From: the human T2T-CHM13v2.0 reference genome, Homo sapiens
Length of the DNA stretch: 64,000 nt
Direction: 5' to 3' (one strand)
NCBI RefSeq assembly: GCF_009914755.1
Contig: NC_060925.1
How positions within the stretch are numbered: position 1 is the stretch's first letter; each line of letters opens with the position of its first letter. Shown here piece by piece: positions 30,001 to 44,749 of this stretch. The translations under genes were made by a program, and so were the position numbers. The notes under the pieces are model-generated. The model saw nothing but the letters and a program-made list of their open reading frames with translations, was not told the DNA's origin and ran no database searches.

Positions 30001-33000
30001 CGAATGGAATGGAATGGAACAGTCAATGAACTCGAATGGAATCATCATTGAATGGAATCGAATGGAATCATCGAGTGGAATCGAATGGAATTATGATCAA
30101 ATGGAATCGAATGTAATCATCATCAAATGGAATCAAAAATAACCATCATCAATTGGTATTGAATGGAATTGTCATCAAATGGAATTCAAAGGAATCATCA
30201 TCAAATGGAACCGAATGGAATCCTCATTGAATGGAAATGAAAGGGGTCATCATCTAATGGAATCGCATGGAATCATCATCAAATGGAATAGAATGGAATC
30301 ATCATCAAATGGAATCTAATGGAATCATTGAACAGAATTGAATGGAATCGTCATCGAATGAATTGAATGCAATCATCGAATGGTCTCGAATGGAATCATC
30401 TTCTAATGGAAAGGAATGGAATCATCGCATAGAATCGAATGGAATTATCATCGAATGGAATCGAATGGTATCAACACCAAACGGAAAAAAACGGAATTAT
30501 CGAATGGAATCGAAGAGAATCTTCGAACGGACCCGAATGGAATCATCTAATGGAATGGAATGGAATAATCCATGGACTCGAATGCAATCATCATCGAATG
30601 GAATCGAATGGAATCATCGAATGGACTCGAATGGAATAATCATTGAACGGAATCGAATGGAATCATCATCGGATGGAAACGAATGGAATCATCATCGAAT
30701 GGAAATGAAAGGAGTCATCATCTAATGGAATTGCATGGAATCATCATAAAATGGAATCGAATGGAATCAACATCAAATGGAATCAAATGGAATCATTGAA
30801 CGGAATTGAATGGAATCGTCATCGAATGAATTGACTGCAATCATCGAATGGTCTCGAATGGAATCATCTTCAAATGGAATGGAATGGAATCATCGCATAG
30901 AATCGAATGGAATTATCATCGAATGGAATCGAATGGAATCAACATCAAACGGAAAAAAACAGAATTATCATATGGAATCGAAGAGAATCATCGAAGGGAC
31001 CCGAATGGAATCATCTAATGGAATGGAATGGAATAATCCATGGACTCGAATGCAATCATCATCGAATGGAATCGAATGGAATCATCGAATGGACTCGAAT
31101 GGAATAATCATTGAACGGAATCGAATGGAATCTTCATCGGATGGAAATGAATGGAATCATCATCGAATGGAATCGAATAGAATTATGGAATGAAATCCAG
31201 TGTGATCATCATCGAATGGACCCGAATGGAATCATCATCCAACGGAAGCTAATGGAATCAACATCGAATGAATCGAATGGAAACACCATCGAATTGAAAC
31301 GAATGGAATTATCATGAAATTGAAATGGATGGACTCATCATCGAATGGATTCGAATGGAATCATCGAATAAAATTGATTGAAATCATCATCCAATGGAAT
31401 CGAATGGTATCATTGAATGGAATCGAATGGAATCATCATCAGATGGAAATGAATGGAATCGTCATAGAATGGAATCGAATGGATTCATTGAATGGAATCA
31501 GATGGAATCATCGAATGGACTGGAATGGAATCATTGAATGGACTCGAAAGGGATCATTATTGAATGGAATTGAATGGAATCATCGAATGGTCTCGATTGG
31601 AATCATTATCAAATGGAATCGAATGGAATCACCGAACAGAATCGAATGGAACAATCATCGAATGGACTCAAATGGAATTATCCTCCAATGGAATCGAATG
31701 GAATTATCGAATGCAATCGAATGGAATTATCGAATGCAATCGAATAGAATCATCGAATGGACTCGAATGGAATCATCGAATGGAATGGAATGGAACAGTC
31801 AATGAACTCGAATGGAATCATCATTGAATGGAATCGAATGGAATCATCGAGTGGAATCGAATGGAATTATGATCAAATGGAATCGAATGTAATCATCATC
31901 AAATGGAATCAAAAATAACCATCATCAATTGGTATTGAATGGAATTGTCATCAAATGGAATTCAAAGGAATCATCATCAAATGGAACCGAATGGAATCCT
32001 CATTGAATGGAAATGAAAGGGGTCATCATCTAATGGAATCGCATGGAATCATCATCAAATGGAATCGAATGGAATCATCATCAAATGGAATCTAATGGAA
32101 TCATTGAACAGAATTGAATGGAATCGTCATCGAATGAATTGAATGCAATCATCGAATGGTCTCGAATGGAATCATCTTCTAATGGAAAGGAATGGAATCA
32201 TCGCATAGAATCGAATGGAATTATCATCAAATGGAATCGAATGGTATCAACACCAAACGGAAAAAAACGGAATTATCGAATGGAATCGAACAGAATCTTC
32301 GAACGGACCCGAATGGAATCATCTAATGGAATGGAATGGAATAATCCATGGACTCGAATGCAATCATCATCGAATGGAATGGAATGGAATCATCGAATGG
32401 ACTCGAATGGAATAATCATTGAACGGAATCGAATGGAATCATCATCGGATGGAAACGAATGGAATCATCATCGAATGGAAATGAAAGGAGTCATCATCTA
32501 ATGGAATTGCATGGAATCATCATAAAATGGAATCGAATGGAATCAACATCAAATGGAATCAAATGGAATCATTGAACGGAATTGAATGGAATCGTCATCG
32601 AATGAATTGACTGCAATCATCCAATGGTCTCGAATGGAATCATCTTCAAATGGAATGGAATGGAATCATCGCATAGAATCGAATGGAATTATCATCGAAT
32701 GGAATCGAATGGAATCAACATCCAACGGAAAAAAACGGAATTATCGAATGGAATCGAAGAGAATCATCGAATGGACCCGAATGGAATCATCTAATGGAAT
32801 GGAATGGAATAATCCATGGACTCGAATGCAATCATCATCGAATGGAATCGAATGGAATCATCGAATGGACTCGAATGGAATAATCATTGAACGGAATCGA
32901 ATGGAATCATCATCGGATGGAAATGAATGGAATCATCATCGAATGGAATCGAATAGAATTATGGAATGAAATCCAGTGTGATCATCATCGAATGGACCCG

Positions 33001-36000
33001 AATGGAATCATCATCCAACGGAAGCTAATGGAATCAACATCGAATGAATCGAATGGAAACACCATCGAATTGAAACGAATGGAATTATCATGAAATTGAA
33101 ATGGATGGACTCATCATCGAATGGATTCGAATGGAATCATCGAATAAAATTGATTGAAATCATCATCCAATGGAATCGAATGGTATCATTGAATGGAATC
33201 GAATGGAATCATCATCAGATGGAAATGAATGGAATCGTCATAGAATGGAATCGAATGGATTCATTGAATGGAATCAGATGGAATCATCGAATGGACTGGA
33301 ATGGAATCATTGAATGGACTCGAAAGGGATCATGATTGAATGGAATTGAATGGAATCATCGAATGGTCTCGATTGGAATCATTATCAAATGGAATCGAAT
33401 GGAATCACCGAATAGAATCGAATGGAACAATCATCGAATGGACTCAAATGGAATTATCCTCAAATGGAATCGAATGGAATTATCGAATGCAATCGAATGG
33501 AATTATCGAATGCAATCGAATAGAATCATCGAATGGACTCGAATGGAATCATCGAATGGAATCGAATGGAATGGAACAGTCAATGAACTCGAATGGAATC
33601 ATCATTGAATGGAATCGAATGGAATCATCGAGTAGAATCGAATGGAATTATGATCAAATGGAATCGAATGTAATCATCATCAAATGGAATCAAAAATAAC
33701 CATCATCAATTGGTATTGAATGGAATTGTCATCAAATGGAATTCAAAGGAATCATCATCAAATGGAACCGAATGGAATCCTCATTGAATGGAAATGAAAG
33801 GGGTCATCATCTAATGGAATCGCATGGAATCATCATCAAATGGAATCGAATGGAATCATCATCAAATGGAATCTAATGGAATCATTGAACAGAATTGAAT
33901 GGAATCGTCATCGAATGAATTGAATGCAATCATCGAATGGTCTCGAATGGAATCATCTTCTAATGGAAAGGAATGGAATCATCGCATAGAATCGAATGGA
34001 ATTATCATCGAATGGAATCGAATGGTATCAACACCAAACGGAAAAAAACGGAATTATCGAATGGAATCGAAGAGAATCTTCGAACGGACCCGAATGGAAT
34101 CATCTAATGGAATGGAATGGAATAATCCATGGACTCGAATGCAATCATCATCGAATGGAATCGAATGGAATCATCGAATGGACTCGAATGGAATAATCAT
34201 TGAACGGAATCGAATGGAATCATCATCGGATGGAAACGAATGGAATCATCATCGAATGGAAATGAAAGGAGTCATCATCTAATGGAATTGCATGGAATCA
34301 TCATAAAATGGAATCGAATGGAATCAACATCAAATGGAATCAAATGGAATCATTGAACGGAATTGAATGGAATCGTCATCGAATGAATTGACTGCAATCA
34401 TCCAATGGTCTCGAATGGAATCATCTTCAAATGGAATGGAATGGAATCATCGCATAGAATCGAATGGAATTATCATCGAATGGAATCGAATGGAATCAAC
34501 ATCAAACGGAAAAAAACGGAATTATCGAATGGAATCGAAGAGAATCATCGAATGGACCCGAATGGAATCATCTAATGGAATGGAATTTAATAATCCATGG
34601 ACTCGAATGCAATCATCATCGAATGGAATCGAATGGAATCATCGAATGTACTCGAATGGAATAATCATTGAACGGAATCGAATGGAATCATCATCGGATG
34701 GAAATGAATGGAATCATCATCGAATGGAATCGAATAGAATTATGGAATGAAATCCAGTGTGATCATCATCGAATGGACCCGAATGGAATCATCATCCAAC
34801 GGAAGCTAATGGAATCAACATCGAATGAATCAAATGGAAACACCATCGAATTGAAACGAATGGAATTATCATGAAATTGAAATGGATGGACTCATCATCG
34901 AATGGATTCGAATGGAATCATCGAATAAAATTGATTGAAATCATCATCGAATGGAATCGAATGGTATCATTGAATGGAATCGAATGGAATCATCATCAGA
35001 TGGAAATGAATGGAATCGTCATAGAATGGAATCGAATGGATTCATTGAATGGAATCAGATGGAATCATCGAATGGACTGGAATGGAATCATTGAATGGAC
35101 TCGAAAGGGATCATGATTGAATGGAATTGAATGGAATCATCGAATGGTCTCGATTGGAATCATTATCAAATGGAATCGAATGGAATCACCGAATAGAATC
35201 GAATGGAACAATCATTGAATGGACTCAAATGGAATTATCCTCCAATGGAATCGAATGGAATTATCGAATGCAATCGAATGGAATTATCGAATGCAATCGA
35301 ATAGAATCATCGAATGGACTCGAATGGAATCATCGAATGGAATGGAATGGAACAGTCAATGAACTCGAATGGAATCATCATTGAATGGAATCGAATGGAA
35401 TCATCGAGTGGAATCGAATGGAATTATGATCAAATGGAATCGAATGTAATCATCATCAAATGGAATCAAAAATAACCATCATCAATTGGTATTGAATGGA
35501 ATTGTCATCAAATGGAATTCAAAGGAATCATCGTCAAATGGAACCGAATGGAATCCTCATTGAATGGAAATGAAAGGGTTCATCATCTAATGGAATCGCA
35601 TGGAATCATCATCAAATGGAATCGAATGGAATCATCATCAAATGGAATCTAATGGAATCATTGAACAGAATTGAATGGAATCGTCATCGAATGAATTGAA
35701 TGCAATCATCGAATGGTCTCGAATGGAATCATCTTCTAATGGAAAGGAATGGAATCATCGCATAGAATCGAATGGAATTATCATCGAATGGAATCGAATG
35801 GTATCAACACCAAACGGAAAAAAACGGAATTATCGAATGGAATCGAAGAGAATCTTCGAACGGACCCGAATGGAATCATCTAATGGAATGGAATGGAATA
35901 ATCCATGGACTCGAATGCAATCATCATCGAATGGAATCGAATGGAATCATCGAATGGACTCGAATGGAATAATCATTGAACGGAATCGAATGGAATCATC

Positions 36001-39000
36001 ATCGGATGGAAACGAATGGAATCATCATCGAATGGAAATGAAAGGAGTCATCATCTAATGGAATTGCATGGAATCATCATAAAATGGAATCGAATGGAAT
36101 CAACATCAAATGGAATCAAATGGAATCATTGAACGGAATTGAATGGAATCGTCATCGAATGAATTGACTGCAATCATCGAATGGTCTCGAATGGAATCAT
36201 CTTCAAATGGAATGGAATGGAATCATCGCATAGAATCGAATGGAATTATCATCGAATGGAATCGAATGGAATCAACATCAAACGGAAAAAAACGGAATTA
36301 TCGAATGGAATCGAAGAGAATCATCGAATGGACCCGAATAGAATCATCTAATGGAATGGAATGGAATAATCCATGGACTCGAATGCAATCATCATCGAAT
36401 GGAATCGAATGGAATCATCGAATGGACTCGAATGGAATAATCATTGAACGGAATCGAATGGAATCATCATCGGATGGAAATGAATGGAATCATCATCGAA
36501 TGGAATCGAATAGAATTATGGAATGAAATCCAGTGTGATCATCATCGAATGGACCCGAATGGAATCATCATCCAACGGAAGCTAATGGAATCAACATCGA
36601 ATGAATCGAATGGAAACACCATCGAATTGAAACGAATGGAATTATCATGAAATTGAAATGGATGGACTCATCATCGAATGGATTCGAATGGAATCATCGA
36701 ATAAAATTGATTGAAATCATCATCCAATGGAATCGAATGGTATCATTGAATGGAATCGAATGGAATCATCATCAGATGGAAATGAATGGAATCGTCATAG
36801 AATGGAATCGAATGGATTCATTGAATGGAATCAGATGGAATCATCGAATGGACTGGAATGGAATCATTGAATGGACTCGAAAGGGATCATTATTGAATGG
36901 AATTGAATGGAATCATCGAATGGTCTCGATTGGAATCATTATCAAATGGAATCGAATGGAATCACCGAATAGAATCGAATGGAACAATCATCGAATGGAC
37001 TCAAATGGAATTATCCTCAAATGGAATCGAATGGAATTATCGAATGCAATCGAATGGAATTATCGAATGCAATCGAATAGAATCATCGAATGGACTCGAA
37101 TGGAATCATCGAATGGAATGGAATGGAACAGTCAATGAACTCGAATGGAATCATCATTGAATGGAATCGAATGGAATCATCGAGTGGAATCGAATGGAAT
37201 TATGATCAAATGGAATCGAATGTAATCATCATCAAATGGAATCAAAAATAACCATCATCAATTGCTATTGAATGGAATTGTCATCAAATGGAATTCAAAG
37301 GAATCATCATCAAATGGAACCGAATGGAATCCTCATTGAATGGAAATGAAAGGGGTCATCATCTAATGGAATCGCATGGAATCATCATCAAATGGAATCG
37401 AATGGAATCATCATCAAATGGAATCTAATGGAATCATTGAACAGAATTGAATGGAATCGTCATCGAATGAATTGAATGCAATCATCGAATGGTCTCGAAT
37501 GGAATCATCTTCTAATGGAAAGGAATGGAATCATCGCATAGAAGCGAATGGAATTATCATCGAATGGAATCGAATGGTATCAACACCAAACGGAAAAAAA
37601 CGGAATTATCGAATGGAATCGAAGAGAATCTTCGAACGGACCCGAATGGAATCATCTAATGGAATGGAATGGAATAATCCATGGACTCGAATGCAATCAT
37701 CATCGAATGGAATCGAATGGAATCATCGAATGGACTCGAATGGAATAATCATTGAACGGAATCGAATGGAATCATCATCGGATGGAAACGAATGGAATCA
37801 TCATCGAATGGAAATGAAAGGAGTCATCATCTAATGGAATTGCATGGAATCATCATAAAATGGAATCGAATGGAATCAACATCAAATGGAATCAAATGGA
37901 ATCATTGAACGGAATTGAATGGAATCGTCATCGAATGAATTGACTGCAATCATCGAATGGTCTCGAATGGAATCATCTTCAAATGGAATGGAATGGAATC
38001 ATCGCATAGAATCGAATGGAATTATCATCGAATGGAATCGAATGGAATCAACATCAAACGGAAAAAAACGGAATTATCGAATGGAATCGAAGAGAATCAT
38101 CGAATGGACCCGAATGGAATCATCTAATGGAATGGAATGGAATAATCCATGGACTCGAATGCAATCATCATCGAATGGAATCGAATGGAATCATCGAATG
38201 GACTCGAATGGAATAATCATTGAACGGAATCGAATGGAATCATCATCGGATGGAAATGAATGGAATCATCATCGAATGGAATCGAATAGAATTATGGAAT
38301 GAAATCCAGTGTGATCATCATCGAATGGACCCGAATGGAATCATCATCCAACGGAAGCTAATGGAATCAACATCGAATGAATCGAATGGAAACACCATCG
38401 AATTGAAACGAATGGAATTATTATGAAATTGAAATGGATGGACTCATCATCGAATGGATTCGAATGGAATCATCGAATAAAATTGATTGAAATCATCATC
38501 CAATGGAATCGAATGGTATCATTGAATGGAATCGAATGGAATCATAATCAGATGGAAATGAATGGAATCGTCATAGAATGGAATCGAATGGAATCATTGA
38601 ATGGAATCAGATGGAATCATCGAATGGACTGGAATGGAATCATTGAATGGAATCGAAAGGGATCATAATTGAATGGAATTGAATGGAATCATCGAATGGT
38701 CTCGTTTGGAATCATTATCAAATGGAATCGAATGGAATCACCGAATAGAATCGAATGGAACAATCATCGAATGGACTCAAATGGAATTATCCTCAAATGG
38801 AATCGAATGGAATTATCGAATGCAATCGAATGGAATTATCGAATGCAATCGAATAGAATCATCGAATGGACTCGAATGGAATCATCGAATGGAATGGAAT
38901 GGAACAGTCAATGAACTCGAATGGAATCATCATTGAATGGAATCGAATGGAATCATCGAGTGGAATCGAATGGAATTATGATCAAATGGAATCGAATGTA

Positions 39001-41200
39001 ATCATCATCAAATGGAATCAAAAATAACCATCATCAATTGCTATTGAATGGAATTGTCATCAAATGGAATTCAAAGGAATCATCATCAAATGGAACCGAA
39101 TGGAATCCTCATTGAATGGAAATGAAAGGGGTCATCATCTAATGGAATCGCATGGAATCATCATCAAATGGAATCGAATGGAATCATCATCAAATGGAAT
39201 CTAATGGAATCATTGAACAGAATTGAATGGAATCGTCATCGAATGAATTGAATGCAATCATCGAATGGTCTCGAATGGAATCATCTTCTAATGGAAAGGA
39301 ATGGAATCATCGCATAGAAGCGAATGGAATTATCATCGAATGGAATCGAATGGTATCAACACCAAACGGAAAAAAACGGAATTATCGAATGGAATCGAAG
39401 AGAATCTTCGAACGGACCCGAATGGAATCATCTAATGGAATGGAATGGAATAATCCATGGACTCGAATGCAATCATCATCGAATGGAATCGAATGGAATC
39501 ATCGAATGGACTCGAATGGAATAATCATTGAACGGAATCGAATGGAATCATCATCGGATGGAAACGAATGGAATCATCATCGAATGGAAATGAAAGGAGT
39601 CATCATCTAATGGAATTGCATGGAATCATCATAAAATGGAATCGAATGGAATCAACATCAAATGGAATCAAATGGAATCATTGAACGGAATTGAATGGAA
39701 TCGTCATCGAATGAATTGACTGCAATCATCGAATGGTCTCGAATGGAATCATCTTCAAATGGAATGGAATGGAATCATCGCATAGAATCGAATGGAATTA
39801 TCATCGAATGGAATCGAATGGAATCAACATCAAACGGAAAAAAACGGAATTATCGAATGGAATCGAAGAGAATCATCGAATGGACCCGAATGGAATCATC
39901 TAATGGAATGGAATGGAATAATCCATGGACTCGAATGCAATCATCATCGAATGGAATCGAATGGAATCATCGAATGGACTCGAATGGAATAATCATTGAA
40001 CGGAATCGAATGGAATCATCATCGGATGGAAATGAATGGAATCATCATCGAATGGAATCGAATAGAATTATGGAATGAAATCCAGTGTGATCATCATCGA
40101 ATGGACCCGAATGGAATCATCATCCAACGGAAGCTAATGGAATCAACATCGAATGAATCGAATGGAAACACCATCGAATTGAAACGAATGGAATTATTAT
40201 GAAATTGAAATGGATGGACTCATCATCGAATGGATTCGAATGGAATCATCGAATAAAATTGATTGAAATCATCATCCAATGGAATCGAATGGTATCATTG
40301 AATGGAATCGAATGGAATCATAATCAGATGGAAATGAATGGAATCGTCATAGAATGGAATCGAATGGAATCATTGAATGGAATCAGATGGAATCATCGAA
40401 TGGACTGGAATGGAATCATTGAATGGAATCGAAAGGGATCATAATTGAATGGAATTGAATGGAATCATCGAATGGTCTCGTTTGGAATCATTATCAAATG
40501 GAATCGAATGGAATCACCGAATAGAATCGAATGGAACAATCATCGAATGGACTCAAATGGAATTATCCTCAAATGGAATCGAATGGAATTATCGAATGCA
40601 ATCGAATGGAATTATCGAATGCAATCGAATAGAATCATCGAATGGACTCGAATGGAATCATCGAATGGAATGGAATGGAACAGTCAATGAACTCGAATGG
40701 AATCATCATTGAATGGAATCGAATGGAATCATCGAGTGGAATCGAATGGAATTATGATCAAATGGAATCGAATGTAATCATCATCAAATGGAATCAAAAA
40801 TAACCATCATCAATTGCTATTGAATGGAATTGTCATCAAATGGAATTCAAAGGAATCATCATCAAATGGAACCGAATGGAATCCTCATTGAATGGAAATG
40901 AAAGGGGTCATCATCTAATGGAATCGCATGGAATCATCATCAAATGGAATCGAATGGAATCATCATCAAATGGAATCTAATGGAATCATTGAACAGAATT
41001 GAATGGAATCGTCATCGAATGAATTGAATGCAATCATCGAATGGTCTCGAATGGAATCATCTTCTAATGGAAAGGAATGGAATCATCGCATAGAATCGAA
41101 TGGAATTATCATCGAATGGAATCGAATGGTATCAACACCAAACGGAAAAAAACGGAATTATCGAATTGAATCGAAGAGAATCTTCGAACGGACCCGAATG
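18100..41200 (+). repeat. 10,661-bp six-unit tandem duplication; the second copy carries one extra duplicated unit
   Basis: Private variants recur in the same order at offset 10,661 (U11-U16 vs U17-U22), including the +5-bp insertion at 22901 and 33562. Confidence 0.92.
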
Positions 41201-42778
41201 GAATCATCTAATGGAATGGAATGGAATAATCCATGGACTCGAATGCAATCATCATCGAATGGAATCGAATGGAATCATCGAATGGACTCGAATGGAATAA
41301 TCATTGAACGGAATCGAATGGAATCATCATCGGATGGAAACGAATGGAATCATCATCGAATGGAAATGAAAGGAGTCATCATCTAATGGAATTGCATGGA
41401 ATCATCATAAAATGGAATCGAATGGAATCAACATCAAATGGAATCAAATGGAATCATTGAACGGAATTGAATGGAATCGTCATCGAATGAATTGACTGCA
41501 ATCATCCAATGGTCTCGAATGGAATCATCTTCAAATGGAATGGAATGGAATCATCGCATAGAATCGAATGGAATTATCATCGAATGGAATCGAATGGAAT
41601 CAACATCAAACGGAAAAAAACGGAATTATCGAATGGAATCGAAGAGAATCATCGAATGGACCCGAATGGAATCATCTAATGGAATGGAATGGAATAATCC
41701 ATGGACTCGAATGCAATCATCATCGAATGGAATCGAATGGAATCATCGAATGGACTCGAATGGAATAATCATTGAACGGAATCGAATGGAATCATCATCG
41801 GATGGAAATGAATGGAATCATCATCGAATGGAATCGAATAGAATTATGGAATGAAATCCAGTGTGATCATCATCGAATGGACCCGAATGGAATCATCATC
41901 CAACGGAAGCTAATGGAATCAACATCGAATGAATCGAATGGAAACACCATCGAATTGAAACGAATGGAATTATCATGAAATTGAAATGGATGGACTCATC
42001 ATCGAATGGATTCGAATGGAATCATCGAATAAAATTGATTGAAATCATCATCCAATGGAATCGAATGGTATCATTGAATGGAATCGAATGGAATCATCAT
42101 CAGATGGAAATGAATGGAATCGTCATAGAATGGAATCGAATGGATTCATTGAATGGAATCAGATGGAATCATCGAATGGACTGGAATGGAATCATTGAAT
42201 GGAATCGAAAGGGATCATAATTGAATGGAATTGAATGGAATCATCGAATGGTCTCGATTGGAATCATTATCAAATGGAATCGAATGGAATCACCGAATAG
42301 AATCGAATGGAACAATCATCGAATGGACTCCAATGGAATTATCCTCAAATGGAATCGAATGGAATTATCGAATGCAATCGAATGGAATTATCGAATGCAA
42401 TCGAATAGAATCATCGAATGGACTCGAATGGAATCATCGAATGGAATGGAATGGAACAGTCAATGAACTCGAATGGAATCATCATTGAATGGAATCGAAT
42501 GGAATCATCGAGTGGAATCGAATGGAATTATGATCAAATGGAATCGAATGTAATCATCATCAAATGGAATCAAAAATAACCATCATCAATTGGTATTGAA
42601 TGGAATTGTCATCAAATGGAATTCAAAGGAATCATCATCAAATGGAACCGAATGGAATCCTCATTGAATGGAAATGAAAGGGGTCATCATCTAATGGAAT
42701 CGCATGGAATCATCATCAAATGGAATCGAATGGAATCATCATCAAATGGAATCTAATGGAATCATTGAACAGAATTGA

Positions 42779-44086
42779 ATGGAATCGTCATCGAATGAAT
42801 TGAATGCAATCATCGAATGGTCTCGAATGGAATCATCTTCTAATGGAAAGGAATGGAATCATCGCATAGAATCGAATGGAATTATCATCGAATGGAATCG
42901 AATGGTATCAACACCAAACGGAAAAAAACGGAATTATCGAATGGAATCGAAGAGAATCTTCGAACGGACCCGAATGGAATCATCTAATGGAATGGAATGG
43001 AATAATCCATGGACTCGAATGCAATCATCATCGAATGGAATCGAATGGAATCATCGAATGGACTCGAATGGAATAATCATTGAACGGAATCGAATGGAAT
43101 CATCATCGGATGGAAATGAATGGAATCATCATCGAATGGAATCGAATAGAATTATGGAATGAAATCCAGTGTGATCATCATCGAATGGACCCGAATGGAA
43201 TCATCATCCAACGGAAGCTAATGGAATCAACATCGAATGAATCGAATGGAAACACCATCGAATTGAAACGAATGGAATTATTATGAAATTGAAATGGATG
43301 GACTCATCATCGAATGGATTCGAATGGAATCATCGAATAAAATTGATTGAAATCATCATCCAATGGAATCGAATGGTATCATTGAATGGAATCGAATGGA
43401 ATCATCATCAGATGGAAATGAAAGGAATCGTCATAGAATGGAATCGAATGGATTCATTGAATGGAATCAGATGGAATCATCGAATGGACTGGAATGGAAT
43501 CATTGAATGGACTCGAAAGGGATCATGATTGAATGGAATTGAATGGAATCATCGAATGGTCTCGATTGGAATCATTATCAAATGGAATCGAATGGAATCA
43601 CCGAACAGAATCGAATGGAACAATCATCGAATGGACTCAAATGGAATTATCCTCCAATGGAATCGAATGGAATTATCGAATGCAATCGAATGGAATTATC
43701 GAATGCAATCGAATAGAATCATCGAAAGGACTCGAATGGAATCATCGAATGGAATGGAATGGAACAGTCAATGAACTCGAATGGAATCATCATTGAATGG
43801 AATCGAATGGAATCATCGAGTGGAATCGAATGGAATTATGAGCAAATGGAATCGAATGTAATCATCATCAAATGGAATCAAAAATAACCATCATCAATTG
43901 GTATTGAATGGAATTGTCATCAAATGGAATTCAAAGGAATCATCATCAAATGGAACCGAATGGAATCCTCATTGAATGGAAATGAAAGGGGTCATCATCT
44001 AATGGAATCGCATGGAATCATCATCAAATGGAATAGAATGGAATCATCATCAAATGGAATCTAATGGAATCATTGAACAGAATTGA
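42779..44086 (+). repeat. Truncated 1,308-bp unit lacking one 468-bp subrepeat (A/B fusion)
   Basis: Anchor spacing is 1308 = 1776 - 468. The subrepeat starts with A-type variants and ends with the B-type exit GAATCGAATAGAATTATGG. Confidence 0.95.
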
Positions 44087-44749
44087 ATGGAATCGTCATC
44101 GAATGAATTGAATGCAATCATCGAATGGTCTCGAATGGAATCATCTTCTAATGGAAAGGAATGGAATCATCGCATAGAATCGAATGGAATTATCATCGAA
44201 TGGAATCGAATGGTATCAACACCAAACGGAAAAAAACGGAATTATCGAATGGAATCGAAGAGAATCTTCGAACGGACCCGAATGGAATCATCTAATGGAA
44301 TGGAATGGAATAATCCATGGACTCGAATGCAATCATCATCGAATGGAATCGAATGGAATCATCGAATGGACTCGAATGGAATAATCATTGAACGGAATCG
44401 ATTGGAATCATCATCGGATGGAAACGAATGGAATCATCATCGAATGGAAATGAAAGGAGTCATCATCTAATGGAATTGCATGGAATCATCATAAAATGGA
44501 ATCGAATGGAATCAACATCAAATGGAATCAAATGGAATCATTGAACGGAATTGAATGGAATCGTCATCGAATGAATTGACTGCAATCATCCAATGGTCTC
44601 GAATGGAATCATCTTCAAATGGAATGGAATGGAATCATCGCATAGAATCGAATGGAATTATCATCGAATGGAATCGAATGGAATCAACATCAAACGGAAA
44701 AAAACAGAATTATCGTATGGAATCGAAGTGAATCATCGAAGGGACCCGA

